From contig OX597814.1 of assembly GCA_951406725.2 (NCBI GenBank), forward strand, positions 93,062,001 through 93,126,000: a stretch of DNA of 64,000 bases, written 5' to 3'. Of the stretch, positions 26,398-40,226 are shown in pieces. Every line of letters begins with the position of its first letter. Positions within the stretch are counted from its first letter, which is position 1. The position numbers and the translations under genes are program-made. The notes beneath the pieces were generated by a model, which saw only the letters and a list, made by a program, of their open reading frames with translations, searched no databases and had not been told where the DNA came from. The DNA comes from Octopus vulgaris (lineage: Eukaryota).

Positions 26398-26639
26398 ACA
26401 GATGAGATTAATTAGTAAACAATAATATGGGAAGACGATAGTCAATACACAGTAGGATGGAATGTTGGAGTTGTAATCAATGTGTAAGGATTGGTTCTTC
26501 GTTGATATGAAAGAACAGTGATTGAAGTTTTGAAGAAAATATTTATTTACCGTTACATCGAATATACCTTGCCTCGACGAGCAGGTGATAAGATCCTAGA
26601 GTGTGTGAAGTAAAAAAAAGTTAATTTCGGCCTGTGCGT

Positions 26640-27225
26640 TCGTATTGTAGTAGTAAACCATAGAGAGAGATATGGTAATGTGTAGAAAAGACAAAGTGAG
26701 TTAGTGAAAGTGAGAGAGTGTGGGAAGTTGGTCTCATAGCTGCTGACAGTAAATTTCATTTCTCCATTTGAACATCGTCTTTAGTAGCTGCCTTGCTTTG
26801 GACCATGATTCTAGCGTTCTGCTCCCTAACTGATGGTAGCTGTCTCTGATTCGAGTTTGTCATCCATTAACTGATTGAGTTATTACGATCCGACTAACTC
26901 AGTTGTCATTAAGTCACTAACTCACTTTTACTTGGGGTACTTGCTTTTATAACTATCCAGAAGGATAGACAAATCGTTGAGAACAATGGGCTTCGTTGGT
27001 GGTACTGTGATATCTATTTTAGTCTTTGGTGAAATAGAAGAGGTTAGATAGGGTCAAGTGGTGAAGACATTATTTCAGCCTAGCTAAGGCAATCTGGCAA
27101 ATGTAAAACTGCTGTCACGGAAAAACCATTGTTCTACCGTGAGAAAAGTTCTGCTGAAGTGTTAATTTAAATTTGGCTATGATGGATCGAATCCACTTCA
27201 TGCTTGTAAGATTCACTACATATAT
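26640..27225. repeat. Unclassified low-copy element, copy 1 of 3
   Basis: Aligns with the reverse complement of 41822-42350 and directly with 47510-47800. Confidence 0.75.
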
Positions 27226-27707
27226 ATACCGCACCACCATTGTTTGACAACTGATGTTCGTGTGTTTGCGTCCCCGTAACTTAGCTGTTCAGCAGAAGAG
27301 CTAAGATAGAATAAGCACCAGGCTTACAGGGAATAAGTCCAGGGGTCGATTTTGTCTACTAAACGGTGGTGCTCCAGCATGGCCACCGTCAAATGACTGA
27401 AACAAGTAAAAGAATAAAAGAATGTCAGAAGATCGTTCCGTACCACTAAACCAAGAAGGTTCTTTGAACAAGTACGATGTATTTTAAGGCTAAATAGTAA
27501 TTCTGTTTACGTTTACGTAACTGAGACAGTTGGATTATATAGTTATCGGTTTTACACGTCTTTCTATAGTCTGTAACTCACACAATATAGAAACATTTCT
27601 CATGGCACCAGTACACAATTTACAAATGCTTAGATACTTTATATTTTCCGTGAACTTTTCACGGGTCCAGCTATTAAATATGATTATGTGTGTGTGCGCG
27701 CGTGTGT

Positions 27708-27739
<32 letters not shown>

Positions 27740-27757
27740 TGCCGGGTCATAGTGCTA

Positions 27758-27792
<35 letters not shown>

Positions 27793-27837
27793 TATTATTA
27801 TATATATATATGCGTATATATATATATACATATATAC

Positions 27838-27868
<31 letters not shown>

Positions 27869-27950
27869 TGTATGTATGTATGTATGTATGCATGTATGTA
27901 TGTATGTATGTATGTATGTATGTATGTATGTATGTATGTATGTATGTATG

Positions 27951-27990
<40 letters not shown>

Positions 27991-28214
27991 AGCTGTGTAA
28001 CCCGTTCTTGATACAGTCACAATACTTGAATTAAAAATAATTTTTTGACACAGAACTGATGGAAGACCTGAACAGGATTTTACATAGGCGTCCTTTCTGG
28101 ATGTACATGCGTGTGAACGTGTGAATGAGTATGTGAATGCGTGTGTGTGCATCTGAGCGCGCGTGTGTATGAGTATGATTGAATGCTGGTGTACGTGAGT
28201 GCATGTAAGCGCTC

Positions 28215-28261
<47 letters not shown>

Positions 28262-28878
28262 GGCTTGTGGCCATTGGTTAGGCTTTTGAGTTTAACTTTT
28301 ATAAGGTCGTAAGTGTAATTCCCGGATCGGGCGTCGCGTTATGTCCTTAAGCAAGTTACTTTATTTTACGTCGCACCAGTTCACTAAGCTTCAAAACAGA
28401 TACCAGTTAGTGCAGCCTACTTTCCCTCCAGCTGTCACATCGTTCGTGATCTTCCGCGTCAAAGGTGTCTGTCTTATGTCTGTCTGCTCGTGACTACTAA
28501 AGCGATTAGCGAAAGCATCGTAACATTCTCGTTTGTAAGTGACGGTTTTTATTGGTTTTATGTGCGCGTGTATGTATATGTGTATGCGTGTCTGGTGTGT
28601 GTGTATGTGTGCGCGCGTGCGCACGAGCGTGTAAGTGTGTGCGCGTTATTACGTGTAAGTGAATGCATATGCCGTGACACAGCTACCGCGTGTGCCGCCC
28701 AAGGTTTTCCTAGAGTTAGTGCCCTACCCCAGCGCTTAATTCGGCCTATACTAGCTCATATAGCGGACCCCAAAACTTGCCATCCCCTTAAAAGCATCGC
28801 TTGGAGCAAACCGTTCCTGGTCTCTCCTCAACTACGCTACTGTATATATGTATGTGGATTCACACAATGGAATGTATA

Positions 28879-29005
<127 letters not shown>

Positions 29006-29037
29006 AGTTGCCTAATAGTGGTTTTATCTCTAATTTA

Positions 29038-29125
<88 letters not shown>

Positions 29126-29152
29126 CATTATTATTATTATTATTATTATTCC

Positions 29153-29312
29153 AAACAGTTTGATTCAGTTCTATGCGACTTGAAGTTTCGCAGACCTCTA
29201 ACAGAAGCCCGTTTATCTCGGGCTTACATTCGGTGATTTAAGCCTGAAAGAAATGGGTTTCTGTTAGGGGCCTGCGAAACTTAAAGTTGCATGGAACCGA
29301 ATCAAATTGTTT
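29153..29312. repeat. Foldback hairpin (~74-bp arms, 12-nt spacer)
   Basis: 29153-29226 is the inverted partner of 29239-29312. Confidence 0.85.
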
Positions 29313-29381
29313 TAAATAATACATGTAACTCTTACTAAATTTGTTGAGTGCCCTTTTCTTTCGTTACTGCACTCGTACACG

Positions 29382-29413
<32 letters not shown>

Positions 29414-30069
29414 CACTCACACACATACATACACCCACATACAAACACACATATCTATATGTATATGTGTATATATGTGTGTGCGTGCATGTATACACAT
29501 ATACTCATATGTATATATCATTCAACTTTAGTTTTTTTTACACGCGTAACAATTAAATTAATTTAACAATTAAAAAAAAGAAATTTAGGGTTAGGGTTGG
29601 GGGGGGGTTAGTTACAGGATGTTGTCTCAGTTTTAGACGCAGCAAATGATTTTAGCTCAAAAGAGTGCATAGGATTGGTTAGAATTCGAAAAATTAAACT
29701 TCGTTAAACAAACGAATTACAAATTTATCAAGAAAGCCAAGTGAAAATAATGTTTTCTTTTGACATTCTACCAGTATACGAAGTTTTAAAGTGTTTAGTT
29801 AACTAGAAATTGTGTTGAAATCTGGCCTTCAAAAGGAAAAGATCCCAAAAATTAGTTATATATTACAGTGAAATCTACCTATAACAACAAATTCACAATA
29901 AAATTTGCTTGAGTTAATGCCTAAGTTTTTGCCAAGTCTTCACATTTTTAGTCTTGACCCAATGCCTATTTTTTACATTATGAATTTGCCTACCATATAT
30001 ACTATTCTAATTTGCTCAAAACTTTTTGTGTGTTGTGTGTGGGCGTGTATATACATATATATGCACACG

Positions 30070-30176
<107 letters not shown>

Positions 30177-30464
30177 AACACGCAGCATTGAGTTATAAGG
30201 TTTATTTACATAGCATTACGTGGTAAAAATAAGTAAAGACTGCATTCACGGAACATTCTGCTGTGAAATGTTTTGAATTAGGCATATGTATTGATTTCTT
30301 GCTTAATCCTCTTTTTATATGCCATGTTTTAAGAGATTACCGTTTGAAAAGAAAAAATCTCCATTGAGCACCAAAAACAGATATGAGGAGAACAATGCCT
30401 TCTTTATAGGTTTTATGGACACAATGGTACCAACAAATAATAATCATTATTACCGACTGCCTGG

Positions 30465-30579
30465 CTGGTTGGTTGGCTGGTTGGCTGGCTGGTCGGTTGG
30501 TTGAGGGAAATTAACGAAAGGAGTTTTCTCTTGCTTCGTTGTTATCGTCCATTGTTAGCATTGCCATCGTTATCATCAT

Positions 30580-30637
<58 letters not shown>

Positions 30638-31035
30638 ACTATTGTTATTTTTTATAATTGCTGCTGCTGCTGCTGTTGTTGTTGTTGTTGTTGTTGTTCT
30701 TCTTCTTCTTCTTCTTCTTCTTCTTCTTCTTCTTCTTCTTCTTTCTCTCATCCTCTTCATTCTCCCTATTGTTATCTTCCTCCTCCTCCTCCTCCTCCTC
30801 CCTCTCCTCCTGCTCATCATTACCACCACCACCATCACCACGAGAACTTCTACCACCACCGTCGCCACAACCACCACCACCGCCACCGCCACTGCCACTG
30901 CCACCACTGCCACCACTGCCGCCACAACCGCCACCACCACCACCACCACCACCACCACCACCACAACCGCCGCCGCCGCCGCCACCACCACCACCACCAC
31001 CACCATCACCATCACCATCACCACCGCCACCACCA
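30465..31035. repeat. Compound trinucleotide microsatellite (TCA, GCA, CTG, GTT, CTT, CCT, ACC, GCC)
   Basis: Directly visible. Confidence 0.95.
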
Positions 31036-32348
31036 ATTTACAAAATTGTCTGTGAGTTAATGGTTGGAGATGTAATGCTCCGGAAACCCAAACAACACAT
31101 TATCACCTTTCTGCACACAAATGCTCTCTCTCACACACACGCGCGTGCACACACAATGTAGATATATGCACATCTATGCGTGCGTGCAATACACAATCAC
31201 TATCGCACACAATCTACTCCTTAATTGTTTCACTGAAGACCTTAGCACACAATGACATGTGCAGCTGTTGCTGATACTGTTTAGCCCTAGGTCACTCCTG
31301 GCTGAGTAAAAGCTATGAGCAAAGGCGTTCCAGCTATAACCATCACGTTTTCCCTATGTTCAGCGCACGCATGAGCATATTATCTAACCTGCCTTTTAAA
31401 ACGGTAAAGTGTGATTTGTACGCATTTAGTTGCTATTATTAGCAGACCGAACGACCACATATAAATTCTCACTTTTGTTCGACTGCACTTGTCGTTAATT
31501 TGTGGTAGAACATCTAATCCTTATATTACGGAATCATTATTTGCAGTTATTGTGTACTTGAGACCATGAAGACTAAATCCAGCTTTGTAAATGTAATTTC
31601 TTTCAAATTAATGCGATAAATAGATTATTAATGGAACTGATTGATATTTTTCAACCAATGTCTCATTTAAAGATATTCCAAGAACCATTGTTGACTGTTT
31701 CACTTTCTTTTATTCATTACTCCCTTCTTTATTTCAGTTTTAGCAATCACCAATCCTTGAAGATATGTGAGATTTTTTTTTACTTCCTCTCCCGACGAAG
31801 TACTAAAGTCCGAAACATTGAACACACTCTTATTTCTTTATCACAGCGTAAAACTCATATTTATACACTGTATACTCTTGATAGTTATTTTTCGTTGTTT
31901 TAGTTTGGTCGTCATATTTTTCATAGGATTATTTATCAAGTTGGTACAGTCGTAAAAGCGCAATAGAAATGTTTTGCAATATTGCTAATGATTATTTACG
32001 TTCCGAGTTCGAATCCCGCTGAGGCTAATTCTACCTTTCATCTTTGCCGTTGATAGAATAAATTTCCAGTCAAGTACTGGCGATGAAGGTGTCGACTAAG
32101 CCTTCTAATGTAAGGCCTTATGCACATATTCGAAACAATTCTTATTAGTAGAAGCGTTAACGCGTCGGAGAAAATGTTTAGCAGCATTTCGTCCATCTTT
32201 ACGATCTGAGTTCAAATTCCACCGAGGTAGATTTTGCCTTTCATCCTTTCGGGGTCGATAAATTAAGCACCAGTTAAGTACTGGGGTTGTTGTGATCTAC
32301 TTACCCACTCCCCAGAAATTTCAGGCCCTTGTGCCTATAGTAGAAAGG

Positions 32349-32425
<77 letters not shown>

Positions 32426-32434
32426 CATTATTAT

Positions 32435-32972
32435 TGAGTGAGCGAGCAGAGCATGTCATCAAAGTGACACTGGGGTAAAATATACAAAGCCCAGTATACC
32501 CATCATGACTACCCGTCTGATAAGGGTACACCAGGCACATGCATCACAACCATATGTGCGCGACATGATGATCTCATATCAAGATAAACAGCACATGACC
32601 TTGCAGGTGGAGCCCAGTTAGAATTTTCTTCAGATCGAGTAACCCATCCCGCTCAAAAGGTCCCTGAATAAGGGTTGTTTAAGGACGTTGAACGAAACAC
32701 CCATGTTTCCAGAGGTGAATTATTCAAACCCCAAAGAATCCTTCTCAACACATGGCTATGATGCTCCCCCACTACTTCTGCTCGTGATCAGAGATGCACA
32801 TATCGTCAGCCACTAAGGGACATGCTCAACTGGTTAAGGTCAAACAACTGACAAGCAAATCTGTGGTATTGAGCAGAATATTTGCTGTAGCCCATCTTTT
32901 ATACCAAGACAAAACAATGTACATGATAATACTTCCAATAAGTTAAGATGAGAAGCCATGAGAGCCACTGCC
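32435..32972 (-). mobile_element. Retroposon 3' portion with (AAT)n tail, inside an (ATT)n array
   Basis: Reverse complement of 60658-60995; long (ATT)n on both sides. Confidence 0.7.
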
Positions 32973-33013
32973 TTTTATTATTATTATTATTATTATCATT
33001 ATTATCATTATTA

Positions 33014-33069
<56 letters not shown>

Positions 33070-33366
33070 GAGGGTGCATGGTCTAGTGGTTAGGGTGTTG
33101 CATTCACGATCGTGAGACCCTGGTTTCAATTCCAGGACCAGGTAGTGCGTTGTGCTCTTGAGCAAAAACTTAATTTCATGCTGCTCTGCGACCACTTCGA
33201 CGCCTGACGCGTGGCACACCGTGCACCAGTTCAGACAACGTCAACTTGAATGAACTAAAGTACGGCACATACATTTGGTCACTATAAGCAAATCATTTGT
33301 GCAGGTCATTCGACAATAGTTGAACGCTCATACGTCGTCTTCGACGGGAGAGTCCATCATCGTCAC

Positions 33367-34060
33367 GGGCGAGCTTAGCAGAATTGTTAGCACGCCGGGC
33401 GAAATGCTTAGCGGTATTTCATCTGCCGCTACGTTCAGAGTTCAAATTCCGCCGAGGGGTCGACTTTGCCTTTCATCCTTTCGGGGTCGATTAAATAAGT
33501 ACCAGTTACGCACTGGGGTAGACATAATCGACTTAATCCGTTTGTCTGTCCTTCTTTGTCTTCTCTGTGTTCAGCCCCTTGTGGGTAGTAAAGAAATAGG
33601 TATTTCGCTCGTCTTTTCGTTCTGAGTTCAAATTCCACCGTGGTCCGCTTTCCCTGAAGCGGCGAGCTGCCAGAAACGTTAGCACGCTGGGCGAAATGCT
33701 TAGCGGTGTTTCGTCTGCAGTTACGTTCTGAGTTCAAATTCCGGCGAGGTCGACTTTGCCTTTCATCCTTTCGGGGTCGATAAATTAAGTACCAGTTACG
33801 CACTGGGGTCAATGTAATCGACTTAATCCGTTTGTCTGTCCTTGTTTGTCTCCTCTGTGTTTAGCCCCTTGTGCGTAGTAAAGAAATAGGTATTACGCCC
33901 GTCTTTAAGTTCTGAGATCAAATTTCGCCTAGGTCGACTTTGCCTTTCATCCTTTCAGGGTCGATAAATCAAGTGCCTGTGAAACACTAAGATCGATGTA
34001 ATCGATTATACCCCATCACACACCCAAATTTCAGCCCTTGTACCTTTAAGAGAAAGGATT
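33367..34060 (+). mobile_element. Tandem cluster of family B SINEs
   Basis: Three successive bodies (33367, 33660, ~33890) plus a partial head at ~33600. Confidence 0.8.
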
Positions 34061-34663
34061 ATTATTATTATTATTGCTGTTGCTGCTCCAACCATAACTA
34101 TTCCGTCTCTTTTATGTTATATTTAGAATTACAATATCCAGAGTATCCTTTTTTTTTTTATTAAATCGACGAGACCTCTGACTAGGTCGATTGGCCACGT
34201 ACAAGTTCTCTCCTTGGTTTGAAACGAAAAAGAACCTGATTAGTCCAACGTGAGAAGCTTCCACAGAATTTCTGTGAAGCAACATTTTGTTTTTGGACAC
34301 ACGACAAAAGCCATTTTAATTTATGGTCCTACCTGACAGCTGAATAAAATGAAACGTAGAATTATGTATACTTCGCAAATACAGACTTTTTTAATCTTCC
34401 GTGCCTTTCGTCTCTCTTGTGCAAAAGAAACCACCACTGATTCTGAAGTAATAAGATATAAGTAACCACGTGATTAACAGCTCGTCACCATTTCTACAAC
34501 GTGACCTTCGTCATTATACATAATTCCGAATGGTTAAATTCACTTTGTCTAAAAAAATCTCAGGAATTTATAGTGCCAACATTACTGATATAGCTCCTTA
34601 CTACAGTGCTAAAGAAAAGAAAAGAAAGAAAGCCGGTAGTGGCTTTCTGAAGAAGGAAATATA

Positions 34664-34954
34664 CGAGGGACGTTCAATAAGTAATGCCTCTGACCCACTT
34701 GCAGTTGTTTGATCTAGCTGAAATTTTGCATGTGCAATCATTTATATCTCTATAGTGTAAGTGGCAAATTACAGCTCTGAATTAATTGTGGTTTCTGATT
34801 TACAGGTGTTTGAACCGAGTCAAGGGTGAAATGGAGCCTGTTGAGTGTCGAGCAGAGATCCGGTTTTTGTATTTGAAAGGACGCACACCACGGGAGACTT
34901 TTGATGAAATGAAAGTAACTTATGGTGATGATGCCCCATCATATGACCTTGTAA
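34664..34954 (+). mobile_element. 5' fragment of the same mariner family as 22039-23309
   Basis: TA + TIR CGAGGGACGTTCAATAAG; encodes MEPVECRAEIRFLYLKGRT...SYDLV, then stops. Confidence 0.9.
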
Positions 34955-35280
34955 TCAACCTACCTAAATACTCAATTATTATTTTTATTATTATTGCTTT
35001 GAAACGTATTTTGTCATAGGATTGAATGAAAGAAAGGATGTACACACACGCACACACACAGGTTTCAAATTTTGGGAAAAGGCCAGCAATTTTGGAGAAG
35101 GGGTAAATCTATTATATCGACACCGGTGCTCATCTGGTATTTATTTTATCGACCTAGAAAGAATGAAAGGTAAAATCGACCTCACCAGGATTTGACCTCA
35201 GAACGTAAAGACGGACGAAATGTCGCTGAGAATTTTACCCGGCGAGTTAACGATTCTTCTAACTGGCCTTATATGTGTAT

Positions 35281-35320
<40 letters not shown>

Positions 35321-35355
35321 ATGTTATAATAAATACAATTTTACACTGAATCAAA

Positions 35356-35394
<39 letters not shown>

Positions 35395-35537
35395 CATATA
35401 TATATATATACATGTGTGTGTGTATGTATATATTGATAGAAATGGTAAGACAACAAAAGAATGAAAGAGACCTCGATATTATGTAAATAGAGGAATTTAT
35501 CTGTAAATGTAATATGTGACAATTATTCAGTAGCTAT

Positions 35538-35598
35538 GATAAAACACCGAGTTTCGGATGTCGGGGTGGAAATCCACGCCGCTATCTCTTCAGTTATC
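35538..35598 (-). ncRNA. Type I hammerhead ribozyme candidate
   Basis: Minus: GATAA-CTGAAGA-[GAT...GTGGAttTCCAC...ATC]C-GAAAC-tcggt-GTT-TTATC; stem I GATAA/TTATC; base of stem II imperfect. Confidence 0.6.
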
Positions 35599-35660
35599 CG
35601 GAATCGGAAAAAATGCTATCCACATTTGTCACATATTACATTTACAGATATATATTACAG

Positions 35661-35692
<32 letters not shown>

Positions 35693-35712
35693 CCCGACGA
35701 ACGGGAACCGGA

Positions 35713-35782
<70 letters not shown>

Positions 35783-35898
35783 CATACATATATATAAAAT
35801 ACAAAAATGGGACAAGAACGCAAAACATCAAGACAGGTGAAAAAAAAAAGGCAAACAAAATATCCAGAGAGACGATACAAGGAAAACAAAGACGGATC

Positions 35899-35939
<41 letters not shown>

Positions 35940-37299
35940 TTAAAATTACTAAGTCTCTCTAAAAGAGAACAACGGTCAAGTAGTGTGGAGCGACTGACCT
36001 CCCTTGTTCGAAGGTTATATGGATACAGTTTGTGTATCAAATAGCTAACTTAAGGCGATGGCCTCATGGAGCTAATAAGCGGACAGCTTTATTCTTATTT
36101 TTATTAGAATGCCATATTAGTATGGCGATAACTATTATATATATATATAAATTTGGTGGTTTTAAAATGTTTTAACTTGTCCAATACTAAAGCGAAGAAA
36201 GAATAACATAGATGCAAACTCCGGAATCTTTGTGGTTTTTGTCACTGTTTACAATTCTGTTCAAATTGTTTTCAAATTTGGTATATGGGTTACGTTTTGT
36301 ATAAATTTGCAGAATTTGAGTATTTTAGCCAATCAGAAGCGAGTATTTTACACATCGCCGCGTCGGTAAGCGTCTTTAGTGTTCATATTAATCTGTCAAA
36401 TGTAATGCTTTTTTGTTCACGTTATTTTGAATTATTCAGGTTCAAAGGGGTGTCTACAATATTTGCTTGTAACTTTGTAAAATATAATATACAGATTTGG
36501 ATTTTTGTCATTGGGTGCTTTATATACCACTGGTTTATAATTATGTAATTTTAGCTGATCTTGCTGAGTAAATTTGACTTTTATGAGCAGGTAAATTTAA
36601 TTAACAGGTATAAAAGCAATAACATTATGGATAAACACTAAAATTGAAATTCTTAATGCATCTTACCTGTTTGATTTGTTACTAAAATTATCCTAGATGG
36701 CAACCGACAAAAATTTTGCCACTTTTCAAGATGGGGTACATTAATTTGAATTAATTAAATTAATTAAATACAGGTATAATCGGTACAAGATTTTATTCTT
36801 TCGGTAACTATTTCGTACCTCGTTGTGGAATAATTTTTTTCCACAATTTTTTTCGGGTGCGTTCAACGTATCTGACCTCCAAACCCACCGCAAGCTACTT
36901 TTTTCCGAAAAGAAAGGTGGGAGGGGTGGTGGGGACTGTTCCTAAGAAATTTCCCGCTGTCTTTGCAAGCAACAAGCGGGCGGATTTGGTTTCAAATCCA
37001 GGCAGGGCCAAACGAGGTCCCACAACTCATATATAATAATAAGTGGCGTTTTATCGGGGTTTGAAAAAATGACGAGTACTATATTAAATATGCTAAGACA
37101 ATCTGAAAACAATAGAAACTTTGAAACGTTTACCGGTTTTTATGAAATTTTTGGGTTAACGGAAGTTAAATGTAACGGAAGTTAATTAGTCCGATAATAA
37201 TTTTTCAAAGTTAACTTAAAACGAAAATGTTAATTGATTAACGGACTTACCTCCAGGTCTGTATATATATATACACACACGCGCACGCACATCCGCACA

Positions 37300-39350
37300 G
37301 ACATTCATACAACGAGCTTTGTTTCGAAAGAAATACAAAAGTGAGAATAACTTTCTTGATATTGATATAGCCCGTTCAGATTGCACTTATTGGCGGAGTA
37401 ATGCTTCTTTTATACCATCGTTCCACTCAACATAGTCTATTTAACCAACTGATAAGCCCAATTTACCGATTACCTGACTTGTTGCCAAAGATATGAATGA
37501 TCACACATTATTATAGTGAATGTAAACAATTTTCATATTTTTGTTCGGTCACTTTCTCCAAATGGCTTCTTTAAGAGATTTGAATATCTCAATATGTTGC
37601 TCGCTATTCACGGAACCAGCCATGTCCCAGAAAATCAAGGAGACCGACGCTCCTGTCATTCACATAAATAGTTACCATAAGTCATTTTGCCGCTCGCATA
37701 CTCTCGAACATATTAGGCCACTCCTTGGACCGAAGATTTCATTCTAGATCACAAAGGCACGGCCACATTTTAAACCATTTTTAGATCGGGATAAAAATCG
37801 TGTCTTCTTTAGCTTCACTAACAGAGCTGCAGACTTCCAGGTTTCTCGCCTTCAAATCAGGTGTCAAATGCCGACGTACCCACTTTGCATACTCTTGTAG
37901 CGAAGACGCTTAAGGGAAAATTTTCTCTCTCTCTTATATATACATAAATACGGACGTAGCAGATAACAGCTAGCCTTCGGCCGCTTGGACCCTGTTGTGT
38001 AAACTACTCTGATTGGTTGGTATTGGCGCAATTTGTCTCTTGCTTTATTACGCGCCAATGTGCAACCCAACCAATCGCAGCCTTCTGATAAGGTTACGTG
38101 AGGCAGTCTCTTCTAAATCTCCGTTTGCGCCGTATTTCGTCTTTTGGTTCAAGACCTTCTAAGGCCTAACCACTGACCACAGAGCACACAGCCAGTTCCA
38201 GCGACAACCATACCAGCAACTCATATGGACACTCAACTTAGTCCAGCAGCATCAGGACCTCAATCTCTGTCGCCTCCGTCTTAATGTCAACTATATCTCT
38301 TTACGTACACAGCTACACCAGCAACTCGTTAGGTTCTATCTCCTCACTGTTTGTGAATTACTTCACCATGGTTAACAGCAAATACAACCTGCGAGAACTT
38401 CCTGTATCAAGTGACCGGCAGTGGCATTGTAGCCACTTCTTACACGATATGTGCTTCAACCGACTCTGCTTCTTCGCCACAACTACTTGTTACAGTACTT
38501 CAACTATTGTGTACCTTACTACGAACTGGTATTTATTTTCATTGTGTCTGAACATTCTTCTCGCGTCCTATTATAGACTCATTCAATGCTCTATATTTTA
38601 TCTCACACGCATACACTCTTGTTTGTATATACATATACATTATGTATACTTGACGGCCTGTCTATTATATTTATATATGTACTTATGACGCACACGGACA
38701 CACATCGTAACACCTAAATAAAATCTTCTCTTAACATTCTACCGGTTGTGTCGACTCCTTTCCTTCAGGCACTCTTACTCATTTATTCGTTTCGTAATTA
38801 TTGTAAGTGACCGTGCGGTGTATTAAAGGAGTTATTCATAAGTCAACTCTCCTGCACACGGTCGTTCTTACACTCTTTCGGATATACAAAGTCTTCCATC
38901 TTCTGTACTATACTGCGATCACAGTCCAGATGTGTGCAGTTTGTACACAGATTGTGACACATCTGCGCGGGTCAATTCGTCCATTCACTAGCCGTTCATG
39001 TCAGTAGCCGCATTTAATTATCTCCTACTGCGTGCTTTATCTTTAATACTGGTTTCCCCTTCTTTAAACTTCTACGTCCATCTGTGTATATTACTCTTGT
39101 CAATGATGTCATTTCCATAAACAACTTGTAGTTTTCTGCAAATGTCAGAGAGTCTACACTCTTCCTTCGTCAAGAACTCATCGACAGCAAGTTGCTTCTT
39201 GCTTGGAACGCGCTACTTCCTTACAGTGAAGAATATGTAAGAAGAGTTACATTAGAAGAAGAGTTACTCTACCAACAAGTGCAATAACTTTCGCATGAAT
39301 TCACATAAGTAAAGCACTTTTGCATTACTTTCGGGAAAACCATCGAGTAT
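37300..39350 (-). mobile_element. Old degraded mariner, interrupted by a ~0.9-kb insertion
   Basis: Minus-strand remnants ICRKLQVVYGNDIIDKSNIHRWT*KFKEGETSIKDKARSRR (39020-39150) and LIFWDMAGSVNSEQHIEIFKSLKEAIWRK (37550-37650); TIR-like end at ~39320-39348. Confidence 0.65.
37862..38800 (+). mobile_element. Possible solo-LTR-like insertion
   Basis: Begins TGTCA, has AATAAA at ~38717 and interrupts the mariner remnant; no clean CA end or TSD found. Confidence 0.3.
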
Positions 39351-39852
39351 GTACACACACACATACACGCACACACCAACACACCCACACCCACACGCCC
39401 TACTCCTACACATGATCGTTTAGTTGTTCATAAGTCTGCAAGAAAAAAAAAACACTGTAAATTTTTCTGAGCAATAATATTTTATGCAGTCGTTGGTTGT
39501 GGTCGGTTAAGAAGTTAACATTGGTTTCACGTCTGCTATTATTCTCCTTGCATTATAGGCGAGTCATCAGAACTGCTGGCCTGCGGCCATAACCAACGAC
39601 AGTATATAAGCATGGCTGTATGGTTAAGAAGCTTGCTTCTCATCCGCGTGGCTTTGGGTTCAGTCCCATTGTGCAGTTTCTTGAGCTGACCAAAGTCCTT
39701 GTGAGTGGATTTCGGAGACTGAAAGAAACCCATCATGTGTGTGTGTGTATGTGTGTGTATGTGTGTGTGCGCGTGAGTGAGTGTGTGTGCGCGCGCGTGT
39801 GCGTGCGTGCATGCGTGCGCGTATGCATAAAGTTTAGGTCTGTATATATACT

Positions 39853-40226
39853 ATTTACTCTTTTGTTTTAGTCATTGGACTGCGGCCATGTTGGAGCACC
39901 ACATTTAGTCGAGCAAATCGACCCCAGGACTTATTCTTTGGTAGCCTAGTACTTATTCTATCGGTCTCTTTTGCCGAACCGCTAAGTTACGGGGACGTAA
40001 ACACACCAGCATCGGTTGTCAAGCGATGTATGGAGGACAAACACAGACACACAAACATATATACGACGGGCTTCTTTCAGTTTCAGTCTACCAAATCCAC
40101 TCACAAGGCATTGGTCGGCCCGAGGCTATAGTAGAAGACACTTGCCCAAAGTGCCACGCAGTGGGACTGAACCCGGAACCATGTGGTTGGTAAGCAAGCT
40201 ACTTACCACACAGCCACTCCCGCGCC
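39853..40226 (-). mobile_element. SINE family A, full length
   Basis: Reverse complement of 2588-2994. Confidence 0.8.

Noticed and set aside
30501-31161. Poly-Pro, poly-His and poly-Thr ORFs resembling extensin or mucin
   Set aside because: Triplet arrays are open in several frames on both strands; no gene context.
31790-31825. Hammerhead-like CCGACGA...GAAAC (similar motif at 35693-35716)
   Set aside because: The core is mutated and there is no convincing stem I or NUH site; at most a decayed relic.
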